This document shows, in pieces, positions 10,377 through 20,183 of a DNA stretch of 64,000 nt. The number at the start of each line of letters is the position of its first letter. The first letter of the stretch is position 1. Origin of the DNA: Candidatus Woesearchaeota archaeon (GTDB taxonomy: Archaea > Nanobdellota > Nanobdellia > Woesearchaeales > GW2011-AR4); the NCBI GenBank assembly GCA_016185845.1, contig JACPMV010000002.1, positions 1,564 to 65,563 of the forward strand, read 5' to 3'. The position numbers and the translations under genes are program-made. A model generated the notes under the pieces. The model saw only the letters and a program-made list of their open reading frames with translations, was not told the origin of the DNA and made no database searches.

Positions 10377-11165
10377 ATGAAAGCAATAATACTTGCGGCA
10401 GGAAGGGGGTCCAGACTTGAAAAATACACGAAAAATATGCCGAAGGGAATGCTCCAGTTTAACGGCAAGTCTTTGATAGGACGGCAGGTTGAAGTTTTAA
10501 GGTCCTGCGGGATTAAAAAAATAGTGATAGTCAGGGGATACATGCCGGACAAAATAAAAATAGCCGGAGTAAAGTATTGCGAAAATAAGGATTACATGAG
10601 CACAAACATGGTTGAGACGCTTTTTGCCGCTGAGAGGGAAATGGATGACGACCTAATAGTCTGCTATTCCGACATAATCTACCAAAAAAGCGTTCTTGAA
10701 AAAGTCATGGCCAGCAATGCCGATATAGGGGTAACTGCAGATGCAGATTATCGGGATTATTGGAAAGCAAGGCTTGACGATCCCCAAACTGATACGGAAA
10801 GCTTAGTAATTGAAAATGGAAATATAATTGAACTAGGGGATACAAACTGCGGAATTGAAAAGGCAAAAGTCAGGTATGTCGGGCTGATAAAATTTTCAAG
10901 AAAAGGGCTCGAAGCTCTGAAAAAAGTCTATCACGAGAATAAAGAAAAATACTACGGCAAAAACGAGCCATGGCTCCGCTCCAAATCATTTAAAATGGCT
11001 TACATGACCTGCATGCTGCAGGCAATTATAAACGCAGGCTATACAATCCAGCCAATAATTGTGCAGCACGGATGGCTGGAATTTGACACAAATGAAGACT
11101 TCGATAAATATAATTTATGGCTGAAAAAAGGCACCCTGGCCAGATTTATAAGCTTAAAGAATTAA
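10377..11165 (+). CDS. LicC-like cytidylyltransferase (Cj1416-type phosphoglutamine cytidylyltransferase candidate)
   Basis: ILAAGRGSRL...PK, TNMVETL, YSDI, WLEFDT. Confidence 0.85.
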   Translation: MKAIILAAGRGSRLEKYTKNMPKGMLQFNGKSLIGRQVEVLRSCGIKKIVIVRGYMPDKIKIAGVKYCENKDYMSTNMVETLFAAEREMDDDLIVCYSDIIYQKSVLEKVMASNADIGVTADADYRDYWKARLDDPQTDTESLVIENGNIIELGDTNCGIEKAKVRYVGLIKFSRKGLEALKKVYHENKEKYYGKNEPWLRSKSFKMAYMTCMLQAIINAGYTIQPIIVQHGWLEFDTNEDFDKYNLWLKKGTLARFISLKN

Positions 11166-11173
11166 AATACAGG

Positions 11174-11962
11174 CTATGCCCTTCTAAATTCCAATTCATT
11201 TTTATTCAGCTCCTGCAAATATTTTTTAATTAAGTCCTTATCCCCGTAGATACACTCATATAATCTCCGGTCTTTTGGAATCTTAAATTTTCTTTTTGAA
11301 GGATGCAGCAGCAACTGCGTTTTTTCTGAATTCAAAAGACGCCTGCATTTATCCAAACTCAAATAAGTTCCTGTTTTCCCGCTTACTATAACATCCTTTA
11401 CCGCCTCATTTTTTAATGAGAAGGTATAGTCAAAAACCGCAAGCCTGGATTTTTTTAGAATATCGCAAAATAAATCCTCATCTTCAAATGCATAAAGCAA
11501 AGACACGCCTTTTGCGAAGAATAAATCGCACGGAATAACTGCCTTTTCCTCAAATAGGGCCAGCTTGTAGCCCGGGTGCGTGTAAAAAGCAAGCGTATTC
11601 ATCATTCTGGAATTATCGACGCCGGCAAATAAAATGTCCCTGACATCAAGCTTGCCAAACTTTTTATTTAAGTACTCCAATGAATCAATGGCGCCCATCA
11701 ATGAAGAGCCTATCTCATAATAGACCAATGGGCCTGATGCGCCTTTGCAAGCGCACAAAGCAGAATATTTTTTGAGATTATCATTTAAATCTTCTTCATG
11801 ATGAATATAATCGATATGGCATGTCCTGTAGCCTATTATATCCTTTAGGTACCTTGCTGTCATAAAAAAATCATATGCTTCTTGTCCCTCTTTTACAATA
11901 TAAGGGTGCCTTTTCTCTCCGTCTTTGTAGCCAAATTCCAGATATGTTTTTATTTTACCCAT
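11174..11962 (-). CDS. Hypothetical protein, possibly methyltransferase-like fold
   Basis: 262-aa ORF; YYEIGSS...GVDNS weakly resembles SAM motifs I/II. Confidence 0.5.
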   Translation of the reverse strand: MGKIKTYLEFGYKDGEKRHPYIVKEGQEAYDFFMTARYLKDIIGYRTCHIDYIHHEEDLNDNLKKYSALCACKGASGPLVYYEIGSSLMGAIDSLEYLNKKFGKLDVRDILFAGVDNSRMMNTLAFYTHPGYKLALFEEKAVIPCDLFFAKGVSLLYAFEDEDLFCDILKKSRLAVFDYTFSLKNEAVKDVIVSGKTGTYLSLDKCRRLLNSEKTQLLLHPSKRKFKIPKDRRLYECIYGDKDLIKKYLQELNKNELEFRRA

Positions 11963-12013
11963 TTCCTTCGCTCAACATCAGCAGCCTTAACCGGGTTCAG
12001 GCAAATATTGCCT

Positions 12014-12023
12014 ATTTATAAAT
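12014..12023. promoter_or_regulatory. Palindromic TATA candidate between divergent genes
   Basis: ATTTATAAAT. Confidence 0.45.
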
Positions 12024-12076
12024 CTTTAGCAATCAGTAACTTTAATAAAGCATAACGTTTCCAGATTTAATTTATA

Positions 12077-13369
12077 ATGAACAAATTTAATGCCATAACT
12101 GCCGTAATGATCATCATATCTATAGAAATATTTCTTTTTGCATCTTCTTATAAATCCGCTTTTTTTTTTTTTTTTGCATTAATTTCATTGGAACTGTTCT
12201 TTTACCTGCTGATAACCGACCTAAGAAAGGATTTTCAATGGATTATAACCACTAAAGATGAATACCCCCAGATAAATAAGGAAGGATTTAAAAAATTCAT
12301 AAATCACGGGTATGACCCTGAATTAGGATGGGTGAGGAAGCCGAACACCGAAAAAGAGGAGATAGGCAAGTTTGGAAAAACCAAATACCATATCGACTCC
12401 AGAGGCTCTAGGAGCAACCCCGGACACGAAAAACTGCCCAAAAAAATATCATTTTACGGAGATTCTTTTCCATTTGGCAGGCAAGTAAATGACAATGAAA
12501 CATGCCAATGGTACCTGTCAGAATTAACAGAAACAAATGTTCTGAACTTCTGCGTAGGCAACTACGGCCTGGACCAGTCATTGTTAAGGCTAAAACGGGA
12601 ATTCCCAAAAAACAAAACAAAAGTTGTAGTTATGGGGGTTGTACCCTCAACAATTGTAAGGATAATGTGCATGTGGAAGCATTACAATGAATTTGGAAAT
12701 ACATTTGGCTTTAAGCCCCGCTTTATACTTGAAAGGGGCAAGTTAAAATTAATCAAGAATTATATAGACACCGAAAAAAAATTCATGAACTACAAAGATT
12801 GCCTTCCCCAGATCAGGAAATATGACTACTTCTATAAAACAAAATTTCAAAAGGAGATGCTGCAGTTTCCCTATCTTATTTCTGTATTTTGCAATCCTAT
12901 AAGGAATATACCCCTTATTTTTCTTGTTTCTAAATATAAATGGCTTGGAAAGCATAAGAAATTAGAAGCATATCCCGCTCCAATGAATATGATAATGCGC
13001 ATAAACCTGAAACTGCGGGTTGATATGTTCAGGAAGAATGCATCCGCAGTCAGGCTACTAGAAAAAATAATAGAAGAGTTTGCAGGATACGGCAAGGAGA
13101 AAAATTTTATTCCGGTATTCCTGCTGATGCCCCAAAAAGATGATCTGCTGCTTGCAAGGAAAAAAAAGAAAATTTATTATGAAGAGCTTATTAATCATCT
13201 GCAAAACAAAATGTTCGCAATAGATTTAACAAAATATCTTGTGAGCCGCAAAGACCTGGATAAGATATACTCAGATGACAACCAATATGGCGGCCATTAC
13301 AGCAAGTTCGGAAACAAGCTAATCGCTAAAATAATCTATAACAGACTTAAAAAAACGGGAAGCATCTGA
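12077..13369 (+). CDS. Membrane-anchored SGNH/GDSL-like protein
   Basis: N-terminal TM segments, YGDSF, NFCVGNYGLDQ, GHYSKFGN. Confidence 0.75.
   Translation: MNKFNAITAVMIIISIEIFLFASSYKSAFFFFFALISLELFFYLLITDLRKDFQWIITTKDEYPQINKEGFKKFINHGYDPELGWVRKPNTEKEEIGKFGKTKYHIDSRGSRSNPGHEKLPKKISFYGDSFPFGRQVNDNETCQWYLSELTETNVLNFCVGNYGLDQSLLRLKREFPKNKTKVVVMGVVPSTIVRIMCMWKHYNEFGNTFGFKPRFILERGKLKLIKNYIDTEKKFMNYKDCLPQIRKYDYFYKTKFQKEMLQFPYLISVFCNPIRNIPLIFLVSKYKWLGKHKKLEAYPAPMNMIMRINLKLRVDMFRKNASAVRLLEKIIEEFAGYGKEKNFIPVFLLMPQKDDLLLARKKKKIYYEELINHLQNKMFAIDLTKYLVSRKDLDKIYSDDNQYGGHYSKFGNKLIAKIIYNRLKKTGSI
12160..12175 (+). repeat. T16 homopolymer inside a coding sequence
   Basis: 16 consecutive T encoding a Phe run. 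Confidence 0.9.
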
Positions 13370-13417
13370 TGAGGGTAGCGTATTAAGAATTTAACCGGGA
13401 TTTTCCATCTTATCGCC

Positions 13418-14248
13418 TTATTTGCCGCCAAATAAGGCCTTATAGTGCTGCTCCGCTGCCCTGCCCTTGTAATGCACGAGAAAAGACACAACTTGCTTTA
13501 AAATAGCGCCAACAGCATAAATTAACAAGTACCAGTAGAATAATATATAGCTTGGCATAAAGTTATAATGCAGGTTTATCAATTCTATAATTGAAATAAC
13601 AGTTAAATGAAGTATATTGGTCGGAGCAGCCCAAAAATCTTTGAATTTATTATAAATATCATTCAGTTTTTTTCCGGTGTCGCTGCCCTGCAAATTAACG
13701 CTCTTCCTGCCTACATTTTTAATATGCCTGCTTTTTATGCGATCCAGGGCAGCATCGCCATGCAGCTTGCTGTTGACTACGGCAGACAGCATGCTGGGAA
13801 TCACGACAGATTTAGAGAATACCGAGCATAAAAATCCAAAAATAAGCACAGATTTCCACCCGGTTTGCAGGAATACTCCAAAAGCCAGGGGGAAAAACAT
13901 AAGATAAGATACCAGCTCGTGGTATATATTCTCCAAATGCACTCCGGTTAAGCTTGATTTTTTCCTGTACCGCGCTATTTCACCATCCACGCAATCCAGC
14001 AGATTCGTAAATTGGATAATCATTATTCCGGCAAATATGCAGCTTAGCTTGCCAAAAAATAAAAAAATGGAACTGAGGAACACCAGAAAAAACTCAATAA
14101 TAGTCACATGATTTGCCTCTATCTTTGTATGCAAGAGGAGCCAAGTAACGTAGATAGAAAGCTTGCTTACATACTTGTTAAACCAAACCCTATATGCATA
14201 TGGGCTGTCATAGCATATTATCCGCAATTGCTTTATAGATTCAACCAT
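13418..14248 (-). CDS. CDP-alcohol phosphotransferase family protein
   Basis: ANHVT; DCVDGEIARYRKKSSLTGVHLE matches DxxDGxxAR...G; several TM helices. Confidence 0.88.
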   Translation of the reverse strand: MVESIKQLRIICYDSPYAYRVWFNKYVSKLSIYVTWLLLHTKIEANHVTIIEFFLVFLSSIFLFFGKLSCIFAGIMIIQFTNLLDCVDGEIARYRKKSSLTGVHLENIYHELVSYLMFFPLAFGVFLQTGWKSVLIFGFLCSVFSKSVVIPSMLSAVVNSKLHGDAALDRIKSRHIKNVGRKSVNLQGSDTGKKLNDIYNKFKDFWAAPTNILHLTVISIIELINLHYNFMPSYILFYWYLLIYAVGAILKQVVSFLVHYKGRAAEQHYKALFGGK

Positions 14249-14305
14249 TTTTTAAGGTTATGATATTCCCTATAAATATTTATCATTTTCCAGCAACCCA
14301 GTTTC

Positions 14306-15727
14306 TTATTTGTTCTGCATAACTCTTATAAAAAGAGCCTTGTCTTCTTTTTTAAATGCCTTAAGCAGGAATAACATTCCGAAGTATAATGCGGCCCCCA
14401 CAGCAGATCCAATAAAAAGATTAGGGATGAAAGCTATCGCAATTACCATTATTATGGAAGCAATTACCGGCTTTATTGATGCACGGACCAGCCCAAAACC
14501 AAGATTTTCTTTAAATATGAAATAATGATATGCAAACAAGAAGAGGCTTTCTGAAGATATCACAGCAACAGCTGCGCCAATAAATCCGTATCTAGGTATG
14601 AGCACCAAGTTAAGCGCTATGTTTAGCAATGCCACAATCCCCTGCCCAAATACCCTAGCGCCTTGCCTGTCTATCGAGGATAACAGCGTTCCTGAAGTGA
14701 TATTTATGAATCTTAAAATAATGAACCAGCACAGTATTTTGACTGCGATTATTGATTTTGCATACTCAATGCCGTAGATTAGGAGTATAATATTCCTGGC
14801 ATATATGAAAATGCCAATGGTGACCGGAAGGCCAAGAATCAGCATGTACTGGAAGGACTTTTTATAAGCAAATTTAAGCAACGACCTGTCTTTAATAAAA
14901 TACCTGGAAAATACCGGAAAAACAGCATTTGAAAACATGAGCGGTATGAATGTAATGCCAAGAAGGAGATTATAAGCGGCGGCATAAACTCCAACTTCTG
15001 CGGAGCCTTTGAAGCTCTCAAGCATTATAGTGTCAATATAAAGAAGAACGGTGCCAAACATGATGGACAATGCAAAAAAAGATGATTTTTTAATAAGGTC
15101 TTTTTCAAACTTAAAATCAAAGCAGAGAGATATTCCTGCAAAATTCTTTACGTAAATCGTCAAAGATACAGCCAATACAACCAACTCTGCAATGGGAAAC
15201 ATTAAAGTTGTAACAATGAGGCCCCAGCCATTCGCAATAGAAGCAAAAACCAGCATTGATAATAAAATCATCCTTGCAATTTTTATCATGGCATCATAAT
15301 ACATCCTTTCAAATGCCCTGAAGACAGAATAAAAGAGGTCGGTAAAAGACTGGATTACGATAAATAATACCATTAAAAAAGTTATTGCTATCAGAGAGCC
15401 GCCTTTGTCAAAAAAATGCAGAAAAATATAAGATATGATGAATGTAGCTGCAGCCAAAACTAATTTAATGGAAAGGGCATTTGAAACATAATTATTAACC
15501 TTTTTCTTGTTCCTGCTTATCTCCCTTATTAATAAGGTGTTAATGCCAAAATCAGCAAGCACAATAATTATGACTGAGAATGCCAAGGCAAAGCTAAAAT
15601 CGCCAAATTCGGATTTTCCGAATGTCCTGGCTATAACGACAAATATTACCAGCTGTATTATTTTTGATACCAGCTCAGCTGCCGCCAGGCTCAAAAAATT
15701 GCTGGTTATCCTTCTTGCCGTCTTCAC
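14306..15727 (-). CDS. Wzx/MOP-type oligosaccharide flippase
   Basis: Many TM segments, ARTFGKSEFG, DFGINTLLIRE, VGVYAAAY, LIPRYGFIGAA. Confidence 0.9.
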   Translation of the reverse strand: MKTARRITSNFLSLAAAELVSKIIQLVIFVVIARTFGKSEFGDFSFALAFSVIIIVLADFGINTLLIREISRNKKKVNNYVSNALSIKLVLAAATFIISYIFLHFFDKGGSLIAITFLMVLFIVIQSFTDLFYSVFRAFERMYYDAMIKIARMILLSMLVFASIANGWGLIVTTLMFPIAELVVLAVSLTIYVKNFAGISLCFDFKFEKDLIKKSSFFALSIMFGTVLLYIDTIMLESFKGSAEVGVYAAAYNLLLGITFIPLMFSNAVFPVFSRYFIKDRSLLKFAYKKSFQYMLILGLPVTIGIFIYARNIILLIYGIEYAKSIIAVKILCWFIILRFINITSGTLLSSIDRQGARVFGQGIVALLNIALNLVLIPRYGFIGAAVAVISSESLFLFAYHYFIFKENLGFGLVRASIKPVIASIIMVIAIAFIPNLFIGSAVGAALYFGMLFLLKAFKKEDKALFIRVMQNK

Positions 15728-15791
15728 AGCCGAAACTTATTAACAGGCATATAAAAACCTTTCTTAGGGCAGCGGGGCTGTACTTTGAGTT

Positions 15792-16883
15792 CTATTTGCC
15801 AAGTTTATCCAGTATGCTGCCCAATTTTGCAGCCAGAACTTCCCACTTTAGCGCCTTGATAGCATTGCTGTAATCTATTTTTCCGATATTTCTGCCAAGC
15901 TTTGAAATGATTTTTTTTGCCAAATCGCCCGGGTCATTCGGAACGCACAGGCTGTTACCATATCCTTTAAGCATTTTATGGGCATCCCCAATATCAGTTG
16001 CCACGATAGGCACTCCGCATGCCATGTATTCGACTAGCTTGTAAGGGAAGCAATATTCGGTGAAGCCGTTCCTCGGGCTTGGGATTATAGCAACATCTGC
16101 AGCATTTATCCCGAGAACAACTTCTTTCCTTTCCGGAAACTTCCTGTAAATTACCCTCTTATGATCGATATCTACATCCCTGTCAACTTGCCCGCTCAGC
16201 AGAAGATATGAATCCGGATATCTGCCCAATACTTTCTCAAAAGCACCCATCATTATATCAAATCCTTTCAGCTTTTCCAGATGCCCTATGTACGCTATTA
16301 TTCTGGCGTCAATCGGAAGCCTTAGTTTTTTTCTTGCTACCCTCTTAGGCATTTCCATGAATAACCTGCGGTCTATTCCATTGGGTATCACATAGACATT
16401 ATTTTTCCTTTCTTTTTTTATGTGATTCTTCAGAGTTTCACTTACAGAGATTACAGCATCAGCACCATTTATTGCTTTCTTATGGAATGCCGGCACAAGA
16501 GGTATGCCGAAAGTGCCGTATGATTCAAAATTATCCTGAAGATCATACACAAATCTTTTCTTAAATTTTCTGGAATAATGGTGCCCAAGAATCCCAATCA
16601 GCGGATCAGTGCCGGCAAAAATCAAATCATATTTCTCCTTTTTTATCAGCTCATTTATGAATATAAAAAATCTGAATATTGAAAATAATCCTATTGGCCT
16701 TATTATAAATCTTATACCTTTCCTTTCTATCATCTTAGATTCTTTTTTTATGTAATCCGGGCATAAAAAATCAATTTCATGCCTTTTTGCAAGCGGCTCG
16801 AAAAGCCTTATCTGCCTGCCGAAATCCTGCACAGGCATGTCCTTGTTTGCGCCAAATCTCTTCATTAATACAAGAATTCTCAT
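15792..16883 (-). CDS. GT4 glycosyltransferase
   Basis: IPNGID, PYKLVEYMACG. Confidence 0.9.
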   Translation of the reverse strand: MRILVLMKRFGANKDMPVQDFGRQIRLFEPLAKRHEIDFLCPDYIKKESKMIERKGIRFIIRPIGLFSIFRFFIFINELIKKEKYDLIFAGTDPLIGILGHHYSRKFKKRFVYDLQDNFESYGTFGIPLVPAFHKKAINGADAVISVSETLKNHIKKERKNNVYVIPNGIDRRLFMEMPKRVARKKLRLPIDARIIAYIGHLEKLKGFDIMMGAFEKVLGRYPDSYLLLSGQVDRDVDIDHKRVIYRKFPERKEVVLGINAADVAIIPSPRNGFTEYCFPYKLVEYMACGVPIVATDIGDAHKMLKGYGNSLCVPNDPGDLAKKIISKLGRNIGKIDYSNAIKALKWEVLAAKLGSILDKLGK

Positions 16884-17845
16884 TTTCTGCAGTTTGACCT
16901 GTACCATGCAACAGTTTCCTTCAACCCTGCATCTAAATCATACTTCGGCTTCCATTTAAGAACTCTTTTTGCCTTTTCTATAGACAGATACTGCCTGTCT
17001 ATCTCGTTTTTAGCCTGGCCTAAAATTTTTGGTTTTATATTCTTGCCCATAATCTTTATTATTTTAGTGTACAAATCAATGACTTTTACCGGCTTTCCTG
17101 TCCCGAAATTAAACGCCTGGCCAACAACATCTTTTCTCTGAATGTTTTCTGCCAGAGTGAGATAAGCGCTGACTGCGTCCTTGATGTACATATAATCCCT
17201 TTCAGGAGTGCCGTCGCTCCTTATTACCGGCTGCCCTCCTCTAAGAATTGCAGTTATTACGTCAGGAATTATCCTGCTGAAGTTCATGTCTCCCGGGCCA
17301 TAAGTGTTTGCATTTCGTGTTATTGCCAATGGCAAACTGTATGCCATGTAATAGCTTCTGGCAAGTATTTCAGCGCATGCCTTTGACGCATCATAAGGAT
17401 AATAGCCGTTCAAGGGAGATTCTTCTGTGTAAGGCAGTTTTTTTTGCTGCCCGTATGCCTTGTCAGAGGAGGCTATTACGATACCTTTAACCGTTTTAGA
17501 TAATCTGCAGGCTTCCAGAATATTCCAAGTTCCTTTTATGTTTGACTCAAATGTTGACAAGGGGCTTCTGTTTGCAGGGCCCACAATTGCCTGGGCTGCA
17601 ATGTGGAAGACAAATTCAATATCATATTCGTTAACTGCCCTTTCGCAGTCATGGAGATTGACTAAATCGCCGTGGAGGATATTGACTTTATTTCTTAACT
17701 GCAAGACATCCAAATTGCTTGTTTTCTTGATGTCTCTTATAATTGTCGTAACATGCGCCCCTTTTTCAGCAAGGGCTTTTGCTATATGGCTTCCTATGAA
17801 GCCGTCTGCGCCTGTAACAAGTACATTCATCCCTTTCCAGTTCAT
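16880..17845 (-). CDS. NDP-glucose 4,6-dehydratase (CDP-glucose type SDR)
   Basis: VTGADGFIG, ASSDKAYG, YDASK; directly downstream of an RfbF-like gene. Confidence 0.85.
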   Translation of the reverse strand: MNWKGMNVLVTGADGFIGSHIAKALAEKGAHVTTIIRDIKKTSNLDVLQLRNKVNILHGDLVNLHDCERAVNEYDIEFVFHIAAQAIVGPANRSPLSTFESNIKGTWNILEACRLSKTVKGIVIASSDKAYGQQKKLPYTEESPLNGYYPYDASKACAEILARSYYMAYSLPLAITRNANTYGPGDMNFSRIIPDVITAILRGGQPVIRSDGTPERDYMYIKDAVSAYLTLAENIQRKDVVGQAFNFGTGKPVKVIDLYTKIIKIMGKNIKPKILGQAKNEIDRQYLSIEKAKRVLKWKPKYDLDAGLKETVAWYRSNCRK

Positions 17846-18531
17846 CTGAGCCATTTTAACTGACCTTTTTTGTATAATTCATTAAGTTCAATCACATCCT
17901 TTAATGTATTCATTGACTTCCAAAATCCGCTGTGCTTAAATGCGGCTATCTGCTTTGCTTTAGCCATTTCCCTTAAAACATCCTTTTCCAGATCATAACC
18001 TTTTTTTATGTATTTGAATATTTTCTTATTAAACACGTAAAAACCGCCGTTCATGAACTTATCGAGCTTGGGTTTTTCCCTGAATCCAACAACCTCATTT
18101 TTATTTAATTCCAATATGCCAAACGGAGACTCCAAATTGACTGCTGTTAAAGTAGCAATTTTATTATTTTTTTTATGAAATTTGTACAGCGCATTAATAT
18201 TGACATCGCTTAAATCATCACCGTATGTCACAAAAAAATCATTATCTTTAATCAAATGCCTTGCTTTTAGTATTCTTTCCGCCTTGTTTGTTTCCAATCC
18301 AGTATCAACAAACTCAATATTAATTCCCTTTTCGCCTTTGAAATAATCTTTTATTTTATTCCCCTTATAGCCCAGGCAGAAAATGAAGTCCTTATGCCCG
18401 AATGACTTGTACATCTGCACCAAATGCCATAAAATCGGCTTTGGACCTATTTCTATCAATGGCTTTGGAATTTCCTCTGTGTATTCGCTTAACCTTGTGC
18501 CCTTGCCCCCGCACAAAACAACTACCTGCAT
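17842..18531 (-). CDS. rfbF: Glucose-1-phosphate cytidylyltransferase-like
   Basis: LCGGKGTRL...PKPL, TYGD, NGGFY, HSGFWKSM. Confidence 0.75.
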   Translation of the reverse strand: MQVVVLCGGKGTRLSEYTEEIPKPLIEIGPKPILWHLVQMYKSFGHKDFIFCLGYKGNKIKDYFKGEKGINIEFVDTGLETNKAERILKARHLIKDNDFFVTYGDDLSDVNINALYKFHKKNNKIATLTAVNLESPFGILELNKNEVVGFREKPKLDKFMNGGFYVFNKKIFKYIKKGYDLEKDVLREMAKAKQIAAFKHSGFWKSMNTLKDVIELNELYKKGQLKWLR

Positions 18532-18577
18532 ACCTCTGAATATTGGAATAGCATTTAAAAAGATTGCGATAATAGAA

Positions 18578-19228
18578 TTATCTCTTCCCAGCCACCACAA
18601 AGTAATATGCAGGATACCTTCTTGTCCTGTCAATTATATCCAGAATGCTAAGCAATTGCGAAACTATATAGGCTGGCCATAAAACATACATTGCTAATTG
18701 AACAAGGACTTTTATCCGCTTTGGAAACAATAACGGAACTCCCTTAATCAATGAGTGCAGCAGCACGGATGGCAGGGTGAATATTCCCCCAATTGCCTCC
18801 AATCTTTCAATTTTGAATTTGCCTTCAAGCAAAGCCCTTAAGCCATACTCTGTAAACCTGTATTTGTCTGTTGGGGCGTCATGTATCGGATAAAAGAAAG
18901 GCAGCACCAGGACAAACTTGCCATCTTTTTTCAAGATATTATGAATAGATTCAGCAACATTAAACGGATTTTTAAAATAGTAAAATGAATTTACTGAAAT
19001 AACCTTGTCAAATGAACTTGGCTTGAAAGGCAGTTTATCCGCATCAGACACTAAATGAGCTTTAGAGGTTTTTTCTATGTCGAGGCAGACTATGCTGCTT
19101 TTAATCACTTTATGATAATGCGGCTTGTTTCCGCAGCCCAAATCAAGAATTTTATCGTTTTTGCTGTTTAACGCTGATTCTATCTTGCAATTAATGTTTC
19201 TTTTTATTAAAAAAAATTCTCCAAGCAT
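18578..19228 (-). CDS. Class I SAM methyltransferase
   Basis: LDLGCG, LPFKPSSFD, HDAPTDKYRFT. Confidence 0.85.
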   Translation of the reverse strand: MLGEFFLIKRNINCKIESALNSKNDKILDLGCGNKPHYHKVIKSSIVCLDIEKTSKAHLVSDADKLPFKPSSFDKVISVNSFYYFKNPFNVAESIHNILKKDGKFVLVLPFFYPIHDAPTDKYRFTEYGLRALLEGKFKIERLEAIGGIFTLPSVLLHSLIKGVPLLFPKRIKVLVQLAMYVLWPAYIVSQLLSILDIIDRTRRYPAYYFVVAGKR

Positions 19229-19238
19229 TTTCAATAAA

Positions 19239-20126
19239 TCAGTGTTTTCTCAGCATATCCGCTATAAACCCGAAAATCACAATCTGGATGCCGATTGTTA
19301 TTATCAGAATGTCAAGCATCATCAGGCCAAGGTGCCTGAAAGCCCCTCCTCCAAAAAACTGGAAGTAGACAAGCCACAATCCCAGAATAAATCCTATCAG
19401 CAAAATCGAAGTCCCAGTCCATCCGAAAAATTTCAACGGCTCATAATCACGATAAATCCTTATTATGTTGATCCAGGCCCTTATGGCATAGCCGAATGGG
19501 TTGCTTATAAGCCTGCTTTCGTCATGCCTTTTTGCAAAATAAATTGGCACCTCTTTTATCCTGAACTTATGCCTAACTGCCCTTATAATCTGCTCCTGAG
19601 TATATGTATGGTTTGAGGTTATAGGCACCTGTTCTGCGACTTCTTTGGTAAAAGCCCTGAATCCAGTCTGGGCATCAGATATTTCCAAGCCCGTTATTTG
19701 AGAGATAACCCTTGAGAATGCCATGTTGCCCAGCCTTTTAACCAAAGGCATCTCTTCTATTTTCCCCTTGAACCTGCTGCCCAGGACCAAATCATAGCCT
19801 TTCTTTACTTCAGCAAGCAGTTTTGGAATTTCACTTGCCTGATACTGCCTATCCGCGTCTATATGGACTATGATGTCCGCTTTCATCTCTAAGCACCTTT
19901 CTATTTCTGTCTTGAATGCCTCTGCCAAGCCATAATTCTTAGGAAGAGAATAAACCATTGCGCCTGCTTTTTTGGATACTTCGGCAGTCCTGTCTTTGCT
20001 GCCATCATCCAAAACCAATATCCTGTAATTGTAATTAGTCTGGCCCATTGCCTTCCTTATATCGGCAACCAGCCTGCCTATGGTCTTTTCCTCGTTATAG
20101 GCAGGTATTGTTACTATTACTTTCAT
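19239..20126 (-). CDS. GT2 glycosyltransferase with C-terminal TM helices (GtrB/ArnC/DPMS-like)
   Basis: IPAYNEE, DDGSKD, IDADRQY, DAQTGFRA; two C-terminal TM segments. Confidence 0.9.
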   Translation of the reverse strand: MKVIVTIPAYNEEKTIGRLVADIRKAMGQTNYNYRILVLDDGSKDRTAEVSKKAGAMVYSLPKNYGLAEAFKTEIERCLEMKADIIVHIDADRQYQASEIPKLLAEVKKGYDLVLGSRFKGKIEEMPLVKRLGNMAFSRVISQITGLEISDAQTGFRAFTKEVAEQVPITSNHTYTQEQIIRAVRHKFRIKEVPIYFAKRHDESRLISNPFGYAIRAWINIIRIYRDYEPLKFFGWTGTSILLIGFILGLWLVYFQFFGGGAFRHLGLMMLDILIITIGIQIVIFGFIADMLRKH

Positions 20127-20146
20127 ACTCTGTCCGAAAGGTAAAA

Positions 20147-20156
20147 TATTTAAATA
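20147..20156. promoter_or_regulatory. Palindromic TATA between divergent genes
   Basis: TATTTAAATA lies 20 nt from ATG 20126 (-) and 27 nt from ATG 20184 (+). Confidence 0.6.
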
Positions 20157-20183
20157 CCTTTCTGTTTTGCAGAAGGGGGCTTA

